Shown: one piece after another, positions 59,095 through 64,000 of the stretch | How positions within the stretch are numbered: position 1 is the first letter of the stretch | How the letters are laid out: every line of letters starts with the position of its first letter | Virus record (IMG/VR): IMGVR_UViG_3300045283_000116 | Span: 20,693-84,692 of that record | DNA length: 64,000 nucleotides | Source of the DNA: a virus | Strand: one strand, 5' to 3' | Program-made: the position numbers and the translations under genes | The notes under the pieces: model-generated | Told to the model about the DNA's origin: nothing | The model's input: only the letters and a program-made list of their open reading frames with translations | The model's database searches: none

Positions 59095-59519
59095 ATGCGC
59101 ACCTTGTTCTCTCGCGTCTGGAACATCACGCGGGCGACCTGTAGCTCACGTGCGTTGCGCGGCTCGAGAAAGCGCCCGTTCGTTGCGGCGTGGAAGTCCG
59201 TGCGCCCGCGGTAGTCGTTGCAGCGCGCGTCCTCGTCGATATCGAACAGTCGCGCGAGCCACCACCCCCACTCCGTCCATGAGGCGGCGTTCGCGTTCGT
59301 GTAGAAGGTGAACCGATCGCTTTGCGTTCCGCCCGGATTGCGGTAGCGCGTGCTCGTTCGAGAGCACAGGCTCACGCGATCCCAGCGGCGCGTGCGCGGC
59401 CCTTCGTAAAGCTCCGCGCTCTCGGCCACGTACACGTCGCAGCCGGGGAAGTCCGCGTTCACGCGATACGCGGCGCGGTCGAGATCGTTGCGGTCGAGAA
59501 TGCGACTCCAGACTTTCAC
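59091..59519 (-). CDS. hypothetical protein
   Basis: 142 aa, GGAGG RBS. Confidence 0.6.
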   Translation of the reverse strand: MKVWSRILDRNDLDRAAYRVNADFPGCDVYVAESAELYEGPRTRRWDRVSLCSRTSTRYRNPGGTQSDRFTFYTNANAASWTEWGWWLARLFDIDEDARCNDYRGRTDFHAATNGRFLEPRNARELQVARVMFQTRENKVRI

Positions 59520-59944
59520 GAGTCCTCCTCGGGCATGTCTTCGATGTCACGCACCTGGCGGCCGGACGCGCGGATGAGGTTCGCAATCACGTCGAGCGTG
59601 TCCGGGGACCACTCCACGCCATCGAGCTCGCGCGCGATGGCATCGAGGCGCTGTTCGTCCGTGGCGTGCGTGTTGACGATCCGCGTTTCGGGCGCAGGCC
59701 AGCCGAGCGCGTCGACGAGTAGGTGCGCGAGCGCCTGCATCGTCGTGGGTGACATGTCGAACGTGAGCGTGAGCGCGGCCTTGCGTTCGCTGCGCCGTTC
59801 GAGATTGCGGAGTGACGCGCGCGAAATCTCGAGCTCGACGCCCGCGATGTCACCCGCCGTCGCCGCGTCCATGTGCGCGCCCTCGGGCACGCTCACGACC
59901 ACGACCGCGGAATCGTTGTTGTTCGCCTTGATGTTCACTTCCAT
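59516..59944 (-). CDS. hypothetical protein
   Basis: 142 aa from MEVNIKANN, GGGAG RBS. Confidence 0.6.
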   Translation of the reverse strand: MEVNIKANNNDSAVVVVSVPEGAHMDAATAGDIAGVELEISRASLRNLERRSERKAALTLTFDMSPTTMQALAHLLVDALGWPAPETRIVNTHATDEQRLDAIARELDGVEWSPDTLDVIANLIRASGRQVRDIEDMPEEDS

Positions 59945-60299
59945 GATGCGACTCCCGTTCGTTGTTCGTGTGCGAAGACTTGGCCCTGCCCGCGCGCTCA
60001 ACGACAAAAGCGCGCGGGCAGGGTTTCGGGCGTGCGTCGCCCTGGCTGGGAAGGCCGTTCGCCACGCGCGCCGGGAGAGTTGCGCGCGTGGCGAGTGAGG
60101 CGAGCGCGGTGACGCGCTCAAGCCTGAAAGCAAAGACTCCCGGCGCACGTTCGTGACGTGCGCCGGGCGTGTTGGAGCGTTCGCTATGACGCGGGCATGT
60201 TCCAGCGCGCCCGCGGGTTCGCTAACGGTGCAATGCAGCCCTCCGTTCGTTGCAGGGTTTTCCCGCCCGCGCTAAGAGCGCGCGCGGGCGGGAAGTTGG

Positions 60300-60575
60300 T
60301 CAAGCGTGTTCGAGCCTGTCGATGCAGCGCAAGCACTGCGTGTGATCGTGCCCGTACGGTGGCCGTTCGTGGCACGTTTCGCAGCGTGTGCCCGTTCGAC
60401 GGCAGGCGAGCTCGTCGTCGATGCGCGTGGCCTCGCGCTGGTACGCGAGCGCGTTCGCATTGGACCCGCGTTCGGTCCAGAGCGCGTCACGGCAGTTGAG
60501 CGCGGCGATGCGCTCGTAGTGCAGCCAGTCGTTCGACATGGCGCGCAGGTCGCACGGAAGCGAGACGCTCATCAC
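60300..60575 (-). CDS. small Zn-finger protein
   Basis: CETC...CLRC. Confidence 0.5.
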   Translation of the reverse strand: MMSVSLPCDLRAMSNDWLHYERIAALNCRDALWTERGSNANALAYQREATRIDDELACRRTGTRCETCHERPPYGHDHTQCLRCIDRLEHA

Positions 60576-60808
60576 GCGGCCTCAAGCGCGATCTCGCGCG
60601 CGATCTCGGCGAGAACCTGAGACTCCCGTTCGTCGTACGCGTCGATGCATCCGTAGTGCACCGCGTGCACCCACGGGCGCTGTTCGATCGCAACGGACCA
60701 GAAGCCCTCGCGTTCGTTGATCGTCAGCCCGCACTCGGCGCAACCGAGCCCGCGCGAGCGGTACGTCACCTTCGGCGCATCCATCGGATCTCCCATCCGT
60801 TCGAGCAC
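60572..60808 (-). CDS. small Zn-finger protein (start may be 60784)
   Basis: CAEC...HYGC. Confidence 0.5.
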   Translation of the reverse strand: MLERMGDPMDAPKVTYRSRGLGCAECGLTINEREGFWSVAIEQRPWVHAVHYGCIDAYDERESQVLAEIAREIALEAA

Positions 60809-61022
60809 GCGTGATTGCGCGCAAGGGGTGAGAGACGACTTACGCGGAGCCTATGGGTCGCTGTTCTGGCACGCGCGCACCGACCGGTCCGTCCGGGTGC
60901 GCCGTTCGCCCGACTTGCGTCGGCACTTGGCTGCGGCTGCGTCTCACGTTCGTTCGCAGTCGCGCAAGCGCGGTCTGCGGAAGCTCGGTGCCCGCCCACG
61001 CTTTCGCGCGGGCGGGCGGGAA

Positions 61023-61196
61023 CTACAGGCGAATGCCTTTCGACCACGCCTCGGTCTCGTACATCGGTGCGGGCGGTGCCGCCTTGCGCGTGTCCGCCCA
61101 ACAGCGGAAGCACATGCCTTCGAGCGGCGCGTGGTTCGCACGCGCGGCGGGCATCAGCGCCGTGCACATGCGGCATGGCACGGTTCGATCGTCCAT
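61023..61196 (-). CDS. 57-aa Zn-finger protein
   Basis: MDDRTVPCRMC...CFRC; GGGAGG RBS. Confidence 0.55.
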   Translation of the reverse strand: MDDRTVPCRMCTALMPAARANHAPLEGMCFRCWADTRKAAPPAPMYETEAWSKGIRL

Positions 61197-61516
61197 CCCT
61201 ACCTCCCTGTTCGCCTACAAGTGGCGTTGGAGCGGGAGAGCGCGCGCGTCTCCGCGCCCGGCTCTCCACGCTCCAAGAGCGTTGGAGCGGGAAAGCTCGC
61301 GTGCCCGCTCGCCGTGGTATTGGCGGGCGTACGTGCGAGGCTTTCCAACGCTCCACGTTCGTTCGCAAGGTCGCGCGGTGCGCGGTTCGACTTGCGTAAG
61401 TTCGGTGTCCGTTCGGACACGTGCCGTTCGGACATGCGCCGGGGCGCGGTCGGCACGCGCGGGAGCGCGCCCCCGCCCGCCCGCGTGGGAGCGGGCGGGC
61501 GGGCGGCGCGCCCGTA

Positions 61517-61846
61517 CTAGCTGGCGGCCGGGGCGGGCGCGGCGGCCGGTGCGGCCGGGGCGGCCGGGGCGGCGGCGGCGGGCTTGGCGGGCTTGGCGGG
61601 CGCGGTGACGATCAGACCGGCGGCGAGCGCGCGGGCGAAGTCAATCACGCGGCCGGTGGGCCGGTAGGACCCGCTCGTGCTCAGTCGGCAAAGCACCGGG
61701 TCGGTCTCGCCTTCCCGCGCGCACACCGCGAGCGTAACGCCGTCTGTCGTGACCGGCTCGCCGCCCGCGACCGGGACCCGCTTGGCGGCGGTGTCCGGGG
61801 CGGCGGTGCTGACTGCGCCGTCTGTCGTCGGCAGGGTGATGCTCAT
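61517..61846 (-). CDS. hypothetical protein with a Pro/Ala tail
   Basis: 109 aa, GGAG RBS, downstream of promoter copy 2. Confidence 0.55.
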   Translation of the reverse strand: MSITLPTTDGAVSTAAPDTAAKRVPVAGGEPVTTDGVTLAVCAREGETDPVLCRLSTSGSYRPTGRVIDFARALAAGLIVTAPAKPAKPAAAAPAAPAAPAAAPAPAAS

Positions 61847-61884
61847 GTTGCGACTCCGTTCTGTCGTTGATGTACTTACACCGC

Positions 61885-61913
61885 AGTATGGGCCGACCGG
61901 CCCGCCGTTCTCA
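61885..61913 (-). promoter_or_regulatory. TGAGAA-N17-CATACT promoter copy 2
   Basis: Exact hexamers and 17-bp spacer. Confidence 0.7.
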
Positions 61914-61932
61914 CAATTCCAAAGGACCCGAC

Positions 61933-63291
61933 ATGAGCATCAATCTGACTGAAGTCCGCGCCGCCGCTTTCCGCCCGCCCGCCGAGCCGGACGACGTGCG
62001 CATCTTCCGGCCGGTGACGGAGTACCTGCCCGCGCCCCGGCCCGCGACCGGCCGCAGTGTCACCGCGTATCTGGCGGCGGCGGATCGGCACACCGACACC
62101 GACGCGGGAGCTTGGCTCTACCGGGAAGCTCGCGCCGCCGTCGTCGGCATCGCCGCGATGCGCGCCGCGACGGAAGATGAGCGGATGGCGCTCATCGGCG
62201 AAGTGTGCGCCGCCGTCGCCAAGCGCGGGAAGCTCGCGCAGGGTGACGCGGGCCGGTGGTACCTACGCCAGACGGCGCGGGCGATCATGCGCGACTCGCG
62301 GACGTGGCTTGACGCGGCATCCCTGCACCGGACCCGCGCCGCCCGCCGCGATGGCGTCGACGCGGTGACGGTCACGACCCACGGGACCGCGACGGACCTA
62401 GCCGAGTACACCGACCCGATGGCGCACCGCGCCGCCGTCAAGCTCGCGGATGCGGACATCGCGCTCGTGCCCGCGAGTCTGTCACCCGTTGCAGCGCTCG
62501 CGGCCGATGCGCTCGTGCCCGCCGCCGCGAAGTCCCGCGCCGCCAAGCACCGCAACGTAACGGCCCGGCTCGTGCAGTCGCTCGCGGGCATGAGCGGGCT
62601 TGATGTGACCGTCGCGCTAGTCGCGCACGGCGGCGAGTCCGGTCGGTCCCTGAAAGCGGTGCAGGCGATGGCCGACCGGGGCGCGGACCTACTCGCCAGC
62701 ACCGACCCGCTGGCGGTGCTCTACGCCGTCCGTAGCGCCATCCGCGAGCACGGCGGCGGCGATGGCGGGGCGCGCCGCGAGCCGGTGGGTATCGACGCCA
62801 TCCGGGCCGACTGCGCCGGGGCGATCCGGGACCTAATCCGGGAGCGCGGCGGGCGCGACGTGGAAAGCATCCGGACGGAACGGGCACTGCCCACGTGGGC
62901 CGACCGGAAAGTGCCCGCCGACGACATGCCCCGGCCCGCCACCGGCCGATCCGTCGTCGCGTACATCGCCGCCCGCTATGACGCACTGCACCGCGTGCCC
63001 GCCCCGGCTCGTGACCGGGGCATCACCGCCGCCCCGGTGGTCACCCTGCCCGCCAAGCGGGAGCGGGGCACTGCCGACTATCGGCCGGGTCGCTCGCCGC
63101 TACTGCCCGCCACTGCGGCCGGTGCCCCGGTGGGCGGCGAGCGGATGCCCGCGCCCCGCTCATGGCGCGATGGGTCGGCACTGCGCGGATGGGCCGGACC
63201 CGGCCCGGATGCCGCCGCCGTCGCGCTCGCCGCCAAGGTCGCGGCGCGCCGCGCCAAGGATGCCGCCATCGCCGCCGCCAACGGAAAGTGA
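61933..63291 (+). CDS. Ala-rich hypothetical protein, weakly sigma-like
   Basis: 452 aa, AAAGGA RBS; internal repeat PRPATGRSV.AY.AA. Confidence 0.55.
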   Translation: MSINLTEVRAAAFRPPAEPDDVRIFRPVTEYLPAPRPATGRSVTAYLAAADRHTDTDAGAWLYREARAAVVGIAAMRAATEDERMALIGEVCAAVAKRGKLAQGDAGRWYLRQTARAIMRDSRTWLDAASLHRTRAARRDGVDAVTVTTHGTATDLAEYTDPMAHRAAVKLADADIALVPASLSPVAALAADALVPAAAKSRAAKHRNVTARLVQSLAGMSGLDVTVALVAHGGESGRSLKAVQAMADRGADLLASTDPLAVLYAVRSAIREHGGGDGGARREPVGIDAIRADCAGAIRDLIRERGGRDVESIRTERALPTWADRKVPADDMPRPATGRSVVAYIAARYDALHRVPAPARDRGITAAPVVTLPAKRERGTADYRPGRSPLLPATAAGAPVGGERMPAPRSWRDGSALRGWAGPGPDAAAVALAAKVAARRAKDAAIAAANGK

Positions 63292-63317
63292 GAACGGGCC
63301 GGGGGACGGCCCATACT
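63289..63317 (+). promoter_or_regulatory. TGAGAA-N17-CATACT promoter copy 3
   Basis: Exact hexamers and 17-bp spacer; overlaps the upstream stop codon. Confidence 0.7.
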
Positions 63318-63645
63318 GCGATGTAGAGACGAGAACGGAACGGACCCGATGCCCCGCCAACGGCGGGGCATCGCCGCATCCGACCTAAGCGATTGACACC
63401 TAGCACCGCCGCCCCGGACACCGGGCCGGACACCGGGAGCGACGGAGCATCAGCGACGGCGGGCACTGCGGCGATGCCCCCGGTGGGTCACCGGGTCCGA
63501 TGCCGTTCCGGCTCAGTCAGCACCGCCGCCGTCCGGCCCGGTGATGCCGACGACGGGACGGCGGAACGTATGCCGCACTGCCCCGGTTGACACCTGCCAA
63601 GCACCGACCGACTGCCCGCCGCACTGCGGCGGGCCGGGAGAGAAC

Positions 63646-63849
63646 ATGCCCACCGACGCATCAAACATCCGTCCGGCCCACCGACCCGGCTACATCGGGA
63701 CCGACCGGTACCCCGCGACCGTCCCGGCCGCGTACAACATCGGCCCGCCCACCGACCGGTGGCGCGACCCGGCCGCACCGCCACACATCACCGCCAGCAC
63801 CGCCGACGGACGCGACGCCATCCGCCGCATCCTGAACGGGCGGCGATGA
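63646..63849 (+). CDS. hypothetical protein
   Basis: 67 aa, GGGAG RBS. Confidence 0.4.
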   Translation: MPTDASNIRPAHRPGYIGTDRYPATVPAAYNIGPPTDRWRDPAAPPHITASTADGRDAIRRILNGRR

Positions 63850-64000
63850 GCGGACACGCGCTCAACCGGGCGCGCCGATGCCGTGCCGACACGGGCCGGA
63901 ACCCGTGCCGACACGGCATCGGGGGGTCCCGCGTGGACCCACCAGACCCGCCCGCCCCCGTTCCCAACGGGCGGCGCGCGCGGCCATCCTGACCCCCACC

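Noticed and set aside
60815-61515. Hammerhead ribozyme or tRNA in the structured region
   Set aside because: No CUGANGA/GAAA core or tRNA cloverleaf was recognisable by eye
2375-61956. GACTNNAGTC as just Leu-Glu (CTG GAG) codon bias or PshAI restriction sites
   Set aside because: Exact copies are mostly in the ACT-GGA-GTC frame or intergenic, and restriction sites would be depleted rather than enriched
1-64000. Prophage boundary with host DNA
   Set aside because: No housekeeping genes or att duplication seen; the integrase is internal, as in a virion or circular form

Overview
This is about 64 kb of a high-GC tailed phage genome, siphovirus-like and probably infecting an actinobacterium (Rpf, RlpA and Ku content, no lysin B seen). 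No host housekeeping genes, tRNA, rRNA or CRISPR array were recognised. Terminase and portal lie outside the window. Left arm (+ strand): capsid, head-tail and tail genes, a -1 frameshifting tail chaperone, a 1673-aa tape measure, a hub protein with a papain-like domain and a 2110-aa collagen/collar/LamG fibre followed by a glycosyltransferase. Next come secreted RlpA and Rpf lytic transglycosylases, holin, SSAP, RusA and a CHAP endolysin. Centre: a small leftward HTH cassette, then Cas4/RecB-like nuclease, replication protein, HNH, DnaB, a methyltransferase, four more glycosyltransferases and a sigma factor. Right arm (- strand): tyrosine recombinase, RuvB, ATP-dependent ligase and Ku (NHEJ), a MoxR AAA+/VWA pair with a partner gene, and small genes separated by highly structured intergenic DNA. 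The strongest unexplained signal is a palindrome GACTNNAGTC (mostly GACTGGAGTC), found at least 25 times and often written into ORFs with rare codons. There are also two phage-specific promoter-like motifs: TGAGAA-N17-CATACTG (3 copies) and AGTCGTAGATTAGG (3 copies). All protein calls come from motif recognition by eye, not database searches.
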